From the NCBI GenBank assembly GCA_041659225.1, contig JBAZYR010000004.1:9867-73866 (forward strand): a DNA stretch of 64,000 nt, read 5' to 3'. This document shows positions 28,879 through 36,887 of this stretch, one piece after another. The notes below the pieces were generated by a model. It made no database searches and was not told where the DNA came from. It saw only the letters and a program-made list of their open reading frames with translations. The stretch's first letter is position 1. Every line of letters starts with the position of its first letter. This stretch comes from Candidatus Staskawiczbacteria bacterium. GTDB lineage: Bacteria; Patescibacteriota; Minisyncoccia; Minisyncoccales; Staskawiczbacteraceae. The position numbers were made by a program, and so were the translations under genes.

Positions 28879-30357
28879 ATGACGCTTGATTTTTTCCTTG
28901 GCAGGGGTAAACTGAAAGCAATGAAAAAGAAACCTAAGAAAATTAAGAAAACGCGTAGGTTGATATCGAAGAAAAAGATTCAGAAGAAAAAGAAGCCAGT
29001 TGTTATTAGACGAAAGAAGAAACCGCGAGTTAAAAAAAGAATTACTAAAAACACTCAGCAGGATGTTTCTTTTTCTGCAAAAGCGATTTTCCGGCCAAGA
29101 ATAAAAGTGATTGGTATCGGAGGCGGGGGAGGTTCGATAGTTTCAGAAATCGGCAAGTCCTTGAAAAAGATTAATTTTGTTGTCGCCGATACCGATGTTC
29201 GGGCTATGAAAAAAAAGCCCGGAATTAAATATTTGTATTTCGGCGCAGAGACAACGCACGGGCTCGGTACCGGCATGAATCCGGAATTAGCTAAAGAAGC
29301 AACCGAGAAGGAAAGAGAAAAAATTACTAAAATATTAGAGGGGCAGGACATTGTTATCCTTATTGCATCCTTGGGTGGGGGATTGGGATCTGGCGCCACC
29401 CCAATTTTTGCTGAGATTAGCCGCAGTCTGGGAAATGTTACATTGGGAATTTTTACCCTTCCTTTTAAATTTGAAGGGAAGAAAAAAGCTAAAATTAGCC
29501 AAAAAGCCCTTTCAGATTTAAGGGAGAGTTTGAGCGCTTTGTTCACGATTTCTAACGAAAAGATTTTCAAAATCACTGATGAAAATACATCAATAACAGA
29601 AGCCTTTTCGTTAGTGAACAAGAACCTGATCGGGTCTTTAGAAAGCCTGATTGATTTGATATACAACCCAGGCTTGATAAATATTGACTTTGCCGATGTT
29701 AAAGCAATCCTCGACGGCCGGGGAATGACAGCGTTTCTAAATACTGCCGAAGCTGCAGGAAAGCTTAGAGCAGATCAGATCGTCGAAGACATTACTAACA
29801 ACCCGTTATTGGATAATAATATAAAAGCGGAGAAGATTTTGTTTAATATAGCCGGCGGTAACAGCTTAAGCATGCTGGAGGTGGAGAAGATAAGCCAGGG
29901 CATATCTAAATTAAATCCAAAAGCAAAGATAATATTCGGAATTTCTAGAAGTTCAAAATTTAAAAGCAGAATAAAAACTACGCTTTTGACCACCGGGCCG
30001 TCATATTTACGCGTAAAAGCTGTTATCAAAATAGAGCCCAAGAAAGAAGAAAAGAAGATCGCTCCCGTACCGGTAGTAATAAAAAAGGAACCTATTAAGG
30101 TGATAAAAAAGAAAATAGAAACAGTTAAACTTTTGAAGACTAAGGATAAAAAAGAAAATAAACCAATAGCTCCGGTGAAGAAAATTATTCCAATAATAAC
30201 AAAACCTGTGGTTGAAAAGTCGAAGGAGAAGGAAATGGTTCGGAGATCTGCTCTGGAAGTTAAAAAAGTTCAGGAGTTAGAAGAGAGTAAAAAACTAAAC
30301 CAAGAAGCTGAGTGGGAGATTCCGGCCTTCTTGAGGAGAATGAAGTTTAAAGCATAA
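28879..30357 (+). CDS. ftsZ: Cell division protein FtsZ with polybasic N-terminal extension
   Basis: IKVIGIGGGGGS, GGGLGSGATP (tubulin signature with Leu for Thr), NIDFADV, C-terminal EIPAFLRR peptide. The true start could be the ATG at 28921. Confidence 0.9.
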   Translation: MTLDFFLGRGKLKAMKKKPKKIKKTRRLISKKKIQKKKKPVVIRRKKKPRVKKRITKNTQQDVSFSAKAIFRPRIKVIGIGGGGGSIVSEIGKSLKKINFVVADTDVRAMKKKPGIKYLYFGAETTHGLGTGMNPELAKEATEKEREKITKILEGQDIVILIASLGGGLGSGATPIFAEISRSLGNVTLGIFTLPFKFEGKKKAKISQKALSDLRESLSALFTISNEKIFKITDENTSITEAFSLVNKNLIGSLESLIDLIYNPGLINIDFADVKAILDGRGMTAFLNTAEAAGKLRADQIVEDITNNPLLDNNIKAEKILFNIAGGNSLSMLEVEKISQGISKLNPKAKIIFGISRSSKFKSRIKTTLLTTGPSYLRVKAVIKIEPKKEEKKIAPVPVVIKKEPIKVIKKKIETVKLLKTKDKKENKPIAPVKKIIPIITKPVVEKSKEKEMVRRSALEVKKVQELEESKKLNQEAEWEIPAFLRRMKFKA

Positions 30358-30367
30358 TTTTAAATCC

Positions 30368-31243
30368 ATGGATGATATTAAAAAAGCTATTATTCCTGTT
30401 GCCGGGCTGGGAACAAGATTCTTACCGCTGACAAAAGCTGTTCCCAAAGAGTTTTTTCCCTTAGTTGATAAACCAATAATTCAATACCTAATTGAAGAAG
30501 CCAAGCAATCAGGAATATCTGAAGTTATTTTTGTAATAAACTCCACCCAGAAAGCAATTATCAACTACTTCAAAAAAGATGAAGCTTTGGAGAAGCTGCT
30601 TATCAAGAGAAAAAAAGATCAACTTTTAAAAGAGTTGAAGGAGTTTGAGCAAACCCTTGACGGGATGTCCTTTGAGATGGTGATTCAAAGAAAGCCGCTT
30701 GGAGACGGTAACGCTATTTTGCAGGCAGCTAAATTCATCGGGAACGAGCCAGTAGCCGTTTTATTCGCTGATGATGTTGTTTATGGGGAGGAGCCAGCGA
30801 TATCCCAACTCATGGACATTTACAAAACCTGTGATTGTCCGATTATAGGGCTTAAAAAAATGCCGAGAGAAAAGCTGCCGGCATATGGAGTTCCTGCTGT
30901 TGAAAAAATAGCGAGTAGGTTGTATAAAATTAAGGAATTAATTGAGAAACCAGAAATATCCAAACTTCCTTCGGACATGGCTGTTGTCGGGAAATATATT
31001 TTGACTCCGGACGTGTTCAAGTATTTAAAAAAGGCTGTTCCTTCGAAAAAGGGCGAAGTAATTCTGGCTGAAGTTTTAAGCAAAATGCTGTTAGACGGAA
31101 AAATGGTGTATGGTTATGAATTGAAGGGAGAGTGGCTTGAGTGCGGCGACAAAGAAAAATGGCTAAAGTCTTTCATATATCTTTGTTTAAAAAACCCGCG
31201 GTTTGGGCCGGAGTTGAGGGAGTATATAAAACAGATAAAATAA
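30368..31243 (+). CDS. galU: UTP-glucose-1-phosphate uridylyltransferase
   Basis: AIIPVAGLGTRFLPLTKAVPKE. 291 aa. Confidence 0.88.
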   Translation: MDDIKKAIIPVAGLGTRFLPLTKAVPKEFFPLVDKPIIQYLIEEAKQSGISEVIFVINSTQKAIINYFKKDEALEKLLIKRKKDQLLKELKEFEQTLDGMSFEMVIQRKPLGDGNAILQAAKFIGNEPVAVLFADDVVYGEEPAISQLMDIYKTCDCPIIGLKKMPREKLPAYGVPAVEKIASRLYKIKELIEKPEISKLPSDMAVVGKYILTPDVFKYLKKAVPSKKGEVILAEVLSKMLLDGKMVYGYELKGEWLECGDKEKWLKSFIYLCLKNPRFGPELREYIKQIK

Positions 31244-31260
31244 TCTAGATAATATTAACA

Positions 31261-31286
31261 GGATGCCTAGCATTCTGTTTTTGTTT
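31261..31286 (+). terminator. Terminator after galU
   Basis: GGATGC-cta-GCATTC then TGTTTTTGTTT. Confidence 0.5.
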
Positions 31287-31331
31287 AAAAAAAAGGCCCC
31301 GAGGGGTTTTACGAATGTGCCCCCGGGGACC
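31287..31331 (-). terminator. Rho-independent terminator of the minus-strand GC-rich unit
   Basis: On the minus strand, GGTCCCCGGGG ... CCCCTCGGGGCC interrupted stem followed by TTTTTTTT. Confidence 0.6.
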
Positions 31332-31361
31332 TTGGCTTAGCTTTGCAGAGATCTGCGATAC

Positions 31362-31421
31362 TTACGACGTATTGGATGACGTCGTGACTTCCTGGTTTCG
31401 ACCGAAATGACGCACAGTCAT
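31362..31421 (-). CDS. Candidate micro-ORF, 19 aa (MTVRHFGRNQEVTTSSNTS)
   Basis: AAGGAG 8 nt upstream of the ATG. Below the ORF-track cutoff. Confidence 0.25.
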   Translation of the reverse strand: MTVRHFGRNQEVTTSSNTS

Positions 31422-31551
31422 GGGGAGTGCTCCTTGTGTTAGTGGAGAGGTTGTCCTGAACGTCACGTTCGAGCCGGATGCCTCAAGTGTGAGGCGCCTG
31501 TTTAAACAATCAAGTTGTTCATCACCTCCTAAGCGGAGACCGCGCCGATGT

Positions 31552-31647
31552 TCAGCAGTTCGCCAGGTTCGCGGCGGAATGGACGCTCAGGTTCGCCGGC
31601 AGCAGCTTCTTCGGATCTCGGGCCAGGTTACCTTTACGCTTGCGCAT
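31552..31647 (-). CDS. Candidate micro-ORF, 31 aa (MRKRKGNLARDPKKLLPANLSVHSAANLANC)
   Basis: GAGGAG 9 nt upstream of the ATG. Below the ORF-track cutoff. Confidence 0.3.
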   Translation of the reverse strand: MRKRKGNLARDPKKLLPANLSVHSAANLANC

Positions 31648-31892
31648 GTTTTGTCACTCCTCATTGTGACCGGTCTTTGTTTTCCACTCGTTCACGATTG
31701 GTTTGTTGATGCAGAAGTAGATAACCCCCTTTCTTTTTTCGCTTCTGCGTCAGGTAGGGATTAAGTGCGCGACGCGGTTGCGCACGGTTTGTCTAGCTGC
31801 ATAGTTAAGCCATTGTTGTATTTTCAAGGTGCTAGAGTTGGACAAAGATTGTCTCCGAATTCGAATAAGAAACTATCTTTATCCACACCTTT

Positions 31893-31922
31893 ATTATATC
31901 CCCCTAACCTGAAAAGTGTCAA
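31893..31922 (-). promoter_or_regulatory. Near-consensus sigma70 promoter facing the GC-rich unit
   Basis: Minus strand reads TTGACA, 18-nt spacer, TATAAT. The predicted start falls inside TGTGGATAA (31879-31887). Confidence 0.55.
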
Positions 31923-31976
31923 TAATTTTAACTTGTAGCTTGTGATTTAAAAGAGGTATAATAAAGAAAAAATATT

Positions 31977-32456
31977 ATGGATGAAAAAAACAGCAGCCTG
32001 GTCAATATAGTACGACTTTTAGGAAGCATTGTTTTCTGCCAGGCTATTGGTTTTGCCGGTGCGATTTTTACAATGCCGGCAATTAACAGCTGGTACTCGA
32101 CAATAAACAAACCGTCCTTCAATCCTCCTAACTGGATTTTTGCGCCCGTATGGACCATATTATTCCTGCTAATGGGAATTTCTCTTTATATTATTTGGAA
32201 GAAAGGATTGGATACAAAGGCTGTAATAGTTTTTAATAGTCAGTTGGCTCTAAACCTTCTTTGGTCAATATTATTTTTTGGTCTGAAGCTCCCGGGTTTG
32301 GCTTTTATTGATTTAATACTTTTATTAGCGGCTATATTCTATACCATCGTCATTTTCTATAAAATTTCGAAGACCGCCGGTCTGATTTTACTGCCATATA
32401 TTGTTTGGGTCTGTTTCGCGGGCGTTTTAAATCTCGCAATTTTTATACTTAATTAA
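31977..32456 (+). CDS. tspO: TspO/MBR family tryptophan-rich sensory protein
   Basis: NSWYSTINKPSFNPPNWIFAPVWTILF and five TM helices. Confidence 0.88.
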   Translation: MDEKNSSLVNIVRLLGSIVFCQAIGFAGAIFTMPAINSWYSTINKPSFNPPNWIFAPVWTILFLLMGISLYIIWKKGLDTKAVIVFNSQLALNLLWSILFFGLKLPGLAFIDLILLLAAIFYTIVIFYKISKTAGLILLPYIVWVCFAGVLNLAIFILN

Positions 32457-32457
32457 A

Positions 32458-32595
32458 ATGAAGAAATATTTTCAAAGGCTGTCGCAAAAACTGCGGAACA
32501 ATCCAAAAGAGCCAAGATCCAAAACGATTAATAGGTTCTGGGGTTTGGCGACGCGTCTTGAGAAAAGAAATGTAAGCGGGAAGAGATCAAAATAA
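32458..32595 (+). CDS. Candidate small basic protein, 45 aa
   Basis: ATG lies 1 nt after the tspO stop and the stop lies 2 nt before the next ATG. Sequence MKKYFQRLSQKLRNNPKEPRSKTINRFWGLATRLEKRNVSGKRSK. Confidence 0.35.
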   Translation: MKKYFQRLSQKLRNNPKEPRSKTINRFWGLATRLEKRNVSGKRSK

Positions 32596-32597
32596 TT

Positions 32598-33164
32598 ATG
32601 GCAGAAGCTAAGGTTCTAATCGAGGGTTATACAAGCGCAGATTCAGTCGCTTCCGGCGGACAAGAAAAAACTTGCCCGACAATTAGTTTGGTTAGAGATG
32701 GAGATATCGTAATGGTTATCGATCCAGGTATTTTAGAAAGCCAAGAGGTGCTGATTAGCGCGTTAAAAAAAGAGGGGATTGACCCCTCCGAAGTTAATAT
32801 TGTTTTTTTAACGCATTCCCATATCGACCATTACAGGAACATCGGTATGTTCCCTGGAGCGAAAACCTTAGAATACTTCGGTCTTTGGGATAAAAACACA
32901 GTTCAAGACAGGGTAGAGCAATTTACAGAAGACATAAGGATTGTCGACACTCCCGGACACGATAACACGTCAATAACTCTTTTTGTTAAAACTAAAGAAG
33001 GAGTCGTTGCAATTTGCGGAGATGTTTTCTGGAGCGAAAATTCTCCAGAGGTCGATCCTTATGCCTCGAATGCCGATAAATTAAAAGAGAGTCGTAAAAT
33101 GGTGCTCGACATGGCAGACTGGGTGATTCCCGGCCACGGGCCGATGTTTAAAGTAAAAAAATAA
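32598..33164 (+). CDS. MBL-fold metallo-hydrolase
   Basis: FLTHSHIDHYRN (HxHxDH) and a later TPGHD motif. Confidence 0.8.
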   Translation: MAEAKVLIEGYTSADSVASGGQEKTCPTISLVRDGDIVMVIDPGILESQEVLISALKKEGIDPSEVNIVFLTHSHIDHYRNIGMFPGAKTLEYFGLWDKNTVQDRVEQFTEDIRIVDTPGHDNTSITLFVKTKEGVVAICGDVFWSENSPEVDPYASNADKLKESRKMVLDMADWVIPGHGPMFKVKK

Positions 33165-33382
33165 TGGAGATATTTGTAAAAGCTAAGCCGAGGGCAAAAC
33201 AAGAAAAAATAGAAAAGATTGACGAGACACACTTTGAAGTGTGGGTGAAGGCTCCTCCGATACAGGGATTGGCTAACAAAGCGATTGCAAAATCCTTAGC
33301 AGAATACTTTTGTGTCAGTCCGTCGCAGGTATTGCTGCTCTCGGGGTTTTCCTCGAGGGAGAAAAAGTTTAAAATAGAATAA
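33164..33382 (+). CDS. DUF167 / YggU-family protein
   Basis: 72 aa. VWVKAPPIQGLANKAIAKSLAEYF fits the YggU pattern P..G.AN. Start overlaps the previous stop. Confidence 0.65.
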   Translation: MEIFVKAKPRAKQEKIEKIDETHFEVWVKAPPIQGLANKAIAKSLAEYFCVSPSQVLLLSGFSSREKKFKIE

Positions 33383-33417
33383 AAAGGTCGGTATAAATTA
33401 TATATACATACAAATTT

Positions 33418-33624
33418 ATGAAGAACGCAAAACTTTTTGATGCTATAGCTTTTGTTCTCGTTATAATCGGTGGTTTGAACTGGGGTCTTATTGGTATTTT
33501 GAATATAGATTTAGTTGCTGAAATTTTTGGCGGATTAACAACCGCATCTCAAATTATCTACACATTAGTTGGCTTAGCTGCACTGTATTTAGCCATTAAT
33601 TACAATAAAGTTTGCAAACGGTAG
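33418..33624 (+). CDS. DUF378-family small membrane protein
   Basis: GGLNWGLIGI motif, two TM helices, 68 aa. Confidence 0.7.
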   Translation: MKNAKLFDAIAFVLVIIGGLNWGLIGILNIDLVAEIFGGLTTASQIIYTLVGLAALYLAINYNKVCKR

Positions 33625-33642
33625 ATAGCTTATAAAAGAAAC

Positions 33643-33676
33643 CGCCTAACTCGGTATTGAGTTGGGCGTTTTTTTT
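33643..33676 (+). terminator. Rho-independent terminator
   Basis: CGCCTAACTC / GAGTTGGGCG stem (one G-U) followed by T8. Confidence 0.7.
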
Positions 33677-33734
33677 GACTTTCACTCATTTTAATGATTA
33701 AAAGAATATGGTCCTTTGAAAAGGAGGCAATGAA

Positions 33735-35270
33735 ATGTTAATGATCGAAGAAACACATAATTGGCCGTTAGCCAGATTTATTGTTCCCGCTTTTCCTAAG
33801 GTCAACATCTTCAGCCGTTATGCGGGGAGGATGACATCTCTGGGCATTATTATGGTCGCAACTGCCGCCAACAAGCTCTGGGGTTGGCGGGTAGAAGTTA
33901 TTGATGAAAATAATTACAAGGGTCCGCGCGATGAAGCCGGCTTGCCAGATCACGCAAAACTGCAGCAAGAAAGGCCCGCCTTAGTTGTCGGCTTTTATTG
34001 CGGGCTTACTTCCACAATGGAGCGCGCATTCGATTTGGCTGATTTTTATCACCGTGCAGGGGCGATAGTTCTCGCCGGTGGTTGGCACGTCCATTATTGT
34101 CCGGAAGAGGCGTTGGATAATAACATCGACGTGGTGGTTCACGGCGATGGGGAAATTGTTATTAAACAGCTTCTCGCGGCAATACGCGACGGAGCACCAA
34201 TTGATGGAATTCCGGGTATTTCATTTTCGCTTGACGGACGAAAGTTCACCAACCCTCCTGCAATGCTAGAAGTGGCGTGCCTGGATGAGTTACCTTATCC
34301 CGACTTCGGCCTGTTGCGTCACGTGAGAAAAATCAGGAATTATCCGATTGGCCGAATCCGCGGTTGCGGAAAGAACTGTGAGTTTTGCAGCGTTAAAGGA
34401 AAAGCTCGCTGGGCTAGCGCTGAATATCTTTTCGGGACAGTTAATTGGCTGGTGGAAACGCGAGGTGCCCGCAACTTCTTTATTGTTGACGATCGGCTCG
34501 AAGAGGATCTCGAAGGAACTATGGAGTTTTTCAGACTCATTAGGGAGAAATACGGGAATAAACTTCATTTCACCGTTCAAATACGGTTAGAGGCTGCAAA
34601 GAACATAGAGTTTCTCGAAAACATGAAAGCCGCCGGCGTAGACGTGTCCTGTGTTGGCTATGAATCACCCGTTGATGAAGACTTGCGAAGTATGCATAAA
34701 GGTTATTTGGCTGCCAACATGCTGGAGTGGACTAGAATCCTGCGCCGCTATTTCTGGGTTCATGGAATGTTCATCTTCGGCTATCCTTCGAAAGATAAAA
34801 TCTCGAAGTTCGGTGCTCTGGAGCTAAAAAAGCGCTTCCAGTCCTTTATCAGGAAAGCTCACCTCGATAGCATCCAGGTATTGCATCCGGTTCCCTTAGT
34901 CGGAACGGCTTTAAGAAAGCGGCTTCAAGACGAGAATCGAATTATTCCGCAGGAATTAGTATCTTTGAGAAGATACGACGGAAGCTTCGTTTGCTTTCGT
35001 CCCATTGGCATGACCATAGAGGATTTGCAGGTAATACCCTTCGAGATAATGCGCTGGTTCTACAGCCCGTTTAGTTTTTTACGAATTCCGCTGCGGACGA
35101 TCATTTTTCCGTTCGATTTTCTCATTCGTGGCTGGTGGAGATGGCATCGCGACTGGCTGCGCGATATTGTAAAGTATGGAGGTCACCTTCTTGTCCAAAG
35201 ATGGAGCAAGCAAGAAGGAAATCAGGGATTTCTACGGGAGTTGAAAAGATTTGGTTATCATATTCATTGA
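33735..35270 (+). CDS. B12-binding-domain radical SAM protein (class B), function unknown (GC-richer islet)
   Basis: N-terminal cobalamin-binding-like Rossmann segment (VVGFYCGLTS...VVVHGDGE), CGKNCEFC = CxxxCxxC. AAGGAGG 7 nt before the ATG. No SPASM-type C-terminal cysteines. Confidence 0.85.
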   Translation: MLMIEETHNWPLARFIVPAFPKVNIFSRYAGRMTSLGIIMVATAANKLWGWRVEVIDENNYKGPRDEAGLPDHAKLQQERPALVVGFYCGLTSTMERAFDLADFYHRAGAIVLAGGWHVHYCPEEALDNNIDVVVHGDGEIVIKQLLAAIRDGAPIDGIPGISFSLDGRKFTNPPAMLEVACLDELPYPDFGLLRHVRKIRNYPIGRIRGCGKNCEFCSVKGKARWASAEYLFGTVNWLVETRGARNFFIVDDRLEEDLEGTMEFFRLIREKYGNKLHFTVQIRLEAAKNIEFLENMKAAGVDVSCVGYESPVDEDLRSMHKGYLAANMLEWTRILRRYFWVHGMFIFGYPSKDKISKFGALELKKRFQSFIRKAHLDSIQVLHPVPLVGTALRKRLQDENRIIPQELVSLRRYDGSFVCFRPIGMTIEDLQVIPFEIMRWFYSPFSFLRIPLRTIIFPFDFLIRGWWRWHRDWLRDIVKYGGHLLVQRWSKQEGNQGFLRELKRFGYHIH

Positions 35271-35368
35271 GCAGTATAATTACTCGAACCCAGCAGGGCG
35301 CGAGTGATTTTTTTTATTCATTGCACTATGTTTGCAAATTTAGTAAAATAGGTTAATTGATAAATATT

Positions 35369-36289
35369 ATGATTTACGACCTTGCTATTATCGGTGGAGG
35401 CGCAGGAGGTATAACTGCGGCTATTTATGCTGCGCGCCAACGAATGGAAACTATCCTTATTACCAAAAGATTCGGCGGGCAGATGGGAAATAAAGCCACG
35501 GAGGTTTGTAACTACCCCGGTTTTCCCAGAATAGGTGGCGCCGAATAAATCAAAAAGTTTGTTGCTCATTTAAACGCTCAAAAGTGTGTTGAGATAAAAT
35601 TTGCTGAAGTCAGGAAAATATCTAAAGAAGATCATTTTGTTGTTATCACGACTGAGGGGGAGGAAATAGCCAGCCGCTCCGTGATTATTGCGACCGGCGC
35701 TGACCCTAGGCCGTTAGAAATTCCAGGCGAGAAAGAATTTCTTGGTAAAGGATTGAGTTATTGCGTTACCTGCGACGGTCCTTTGTTTAAAAATAAAGCC
35801 GTGGCGATAATCGGGGGAGGTAACGCCGGACTTGAAGCAGGTATATTTATGACCAACTATGCAAAGAAAATATATATCTTAGAAAATGGACCGGAGATCC
35901 GGGCCGAGCAAGCTAACCAAGATGAAGTAAAAGAATTAAAAAAGATTGAAGTATTGATGAATGTTTCTGTTAAGGAAATAAAAGGAGGAAAGTTAGTGAG
36001 TTCGTTAATTTATGAAGATTCAATAACGAAGGAAGAAAAAGCTCTCGATGTCCAAGGGGTTTTTGTAGAGATTGGAAGCCAGCCGGCAACTTCTTTGGCA
36101 AAAGGTTTAGTCGATTTCAACGACAAAGATGAAATAAAAGTGGAGTTTGAAACGTTTCAAACCAAAACCCCCGGTTTGTTTGCGGTAGGGGACGCGAACG
36201 CAGGAAAGTACAAACAGATAGTAACTGCTGCCGGCGAAGGTTGCAAGGCAGCACTCGCCGCGTATGAGTATATTAAAAAACAGAAATAA
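35369..36289 (+). pseudogene. trxB: Thioredoxin-disulfide reductase interrupted by one in-frame TAA (35546-35548)
   Basis: DLAIIGGGAGG, NYPGFP, CVTC redox site, GGGNAG, AVGDA. The two tracked ORFs share a frame, and the 132 nt between them are open and TrxB-like. Confidence 0.8.
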
Positions 36290-36782
36290 GGGATTCACCC
36301 TTATCGAGCTATTGGTAGTAATTGCTATCGTTGGTATTCTCGCTGCAATTGTTTTTGCTAGCGTCAATAGCGCCCGAGCGAAGGCCCGAAATGCAAAGCG
36401 ATTGGAAGATATTCGTGCGTATGCGTATGCATTGAACATGATTTATGACCAAGATAATGAGTATCCCCCTTTAGAGAACTACACCTGTTTGGGCGATTAC
36501 GCTGATGATGAATGTTTCAGGGCGATGTATCATTATGCCGAGTCGGAGATTCTTAACGACGTCCTGAGTCCATATATTCCATCCTTGCCCGCCGATGAAA
36601 ATATCATAACTGTGGGGCTGACCCATTGGCAGTACAAAGGATATGTTTACTCTAATGATACCGTAGGTAGAATGGTGGAAATTCTATGGTGGATGGAAGG
36701 TAACAGCCAATCTTGTGGCATTGGTGAAGTTGGCCCATCGCAGTCGGGCGGGACTTCCTGCGCTTTGAGGATTTATTATTAA
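36264..36782 (+). CDS. Type IV pilin-like protein (prepilin N-terminal cleavage/methylation domain)
   Basis: Leader MSILKNRNKG then FTLIELLVVIAIVGILAAI. Overlaps the trxB 3' end by 26 nt. Confidence 0.8.
   Translation: MSILKNRNKGFTLIELLVVIAIVGILAAIVFASVNSARAKARNAKRLEDIRAYAYALNMIYDQDNEYPPLENYTCLGDYADDECFRAMYHYAESEILNDVLSPYIPSLPADENIITVGLTHWQYKGYVYSNDTVGRMVEILWWMEGNSQSCGIGEVGPSQSGGTSCALRIYY
36288..36440 (+). repeat. Conserved pilin N-terminal block, copy 1 (copy 2 at 36912-37064)
   Basis: 153-nt blocks are near-identical at nucleotide level over codons 9-59, then diverge completely. Confidence 0.85.
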
Positions 36783-36887
36783 TTTTAGATGGTTGGCGGA
36801 AGTGTGGAAATAAGGTTCCAATTAACTCGTAAGTAATAATATATATAAAAAAAATTAATAAAGTTATTTAATATAAGGATTTATTAG

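Larger units (their letters stand above)
31287..31886 (-). other. GC-rich minus-strand transcription unit with no long ORF (candidate structured RNA or micro-ORF mRNA)
   Basis: Bounded by a near-consensus promoter (31893-31922) and a GC-rich hairpin plus U8 terminator (31287-31331). Contains many short hairpins. Confidence 0.4.

Noticed and set aside
29055-29666. 203-aa minus-strand ORF. The same applies to 52218-52748(-), 36933-37418(-), 53922-54395(-), 50393-50824(-), 45410-45856(-) and 62170-62667(-).
   Set aside because: Each is antisense to a gene with strong family motifs (ftsZ, rpsB, pilin, a membrane protein, the lytic transglycosylase, ppsA and the dapA-like gene). None has a recognisable motif of its own.
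31420-31764. 114-aa plus-strand ORF in the GC-rich region after galU.
   Set aside because: The product is Arg/Ser/Pro-rich with no recognisable domain. It lies antisense to a unit with a near-consensus promoter, SD-led micro-ORFs and a terminator on the other strand. It cannot be fully excluded, because native genes here lack SD sites anyway.
31287-31886. Considered whether the GC-rich unit is SRP RNA, tmRNA or RNase P RNA.
   Set aside because: I found no GGAAAGTCC-type RNase P P4 sequence, no tRNA-like 3' end with a tag ORF ending in ALAA, and no convincing SRP helix-8 GNAR hairpin. CCGAAGAAGCTGC only superficially resembles CCGGAAGGAAGCAGCC. A covariance-model scan is needed for a firm answer.
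35546-35548. TAA in trxB as evidence for an alternative genetic code.
   Set aside because: TAA, TAG and TGA all terminate well-conserved genes at the expected lengths in this window, e.g. gyrB, rplK and miaA. A single-site nonsense change or sequencing error is the simpler explanation.
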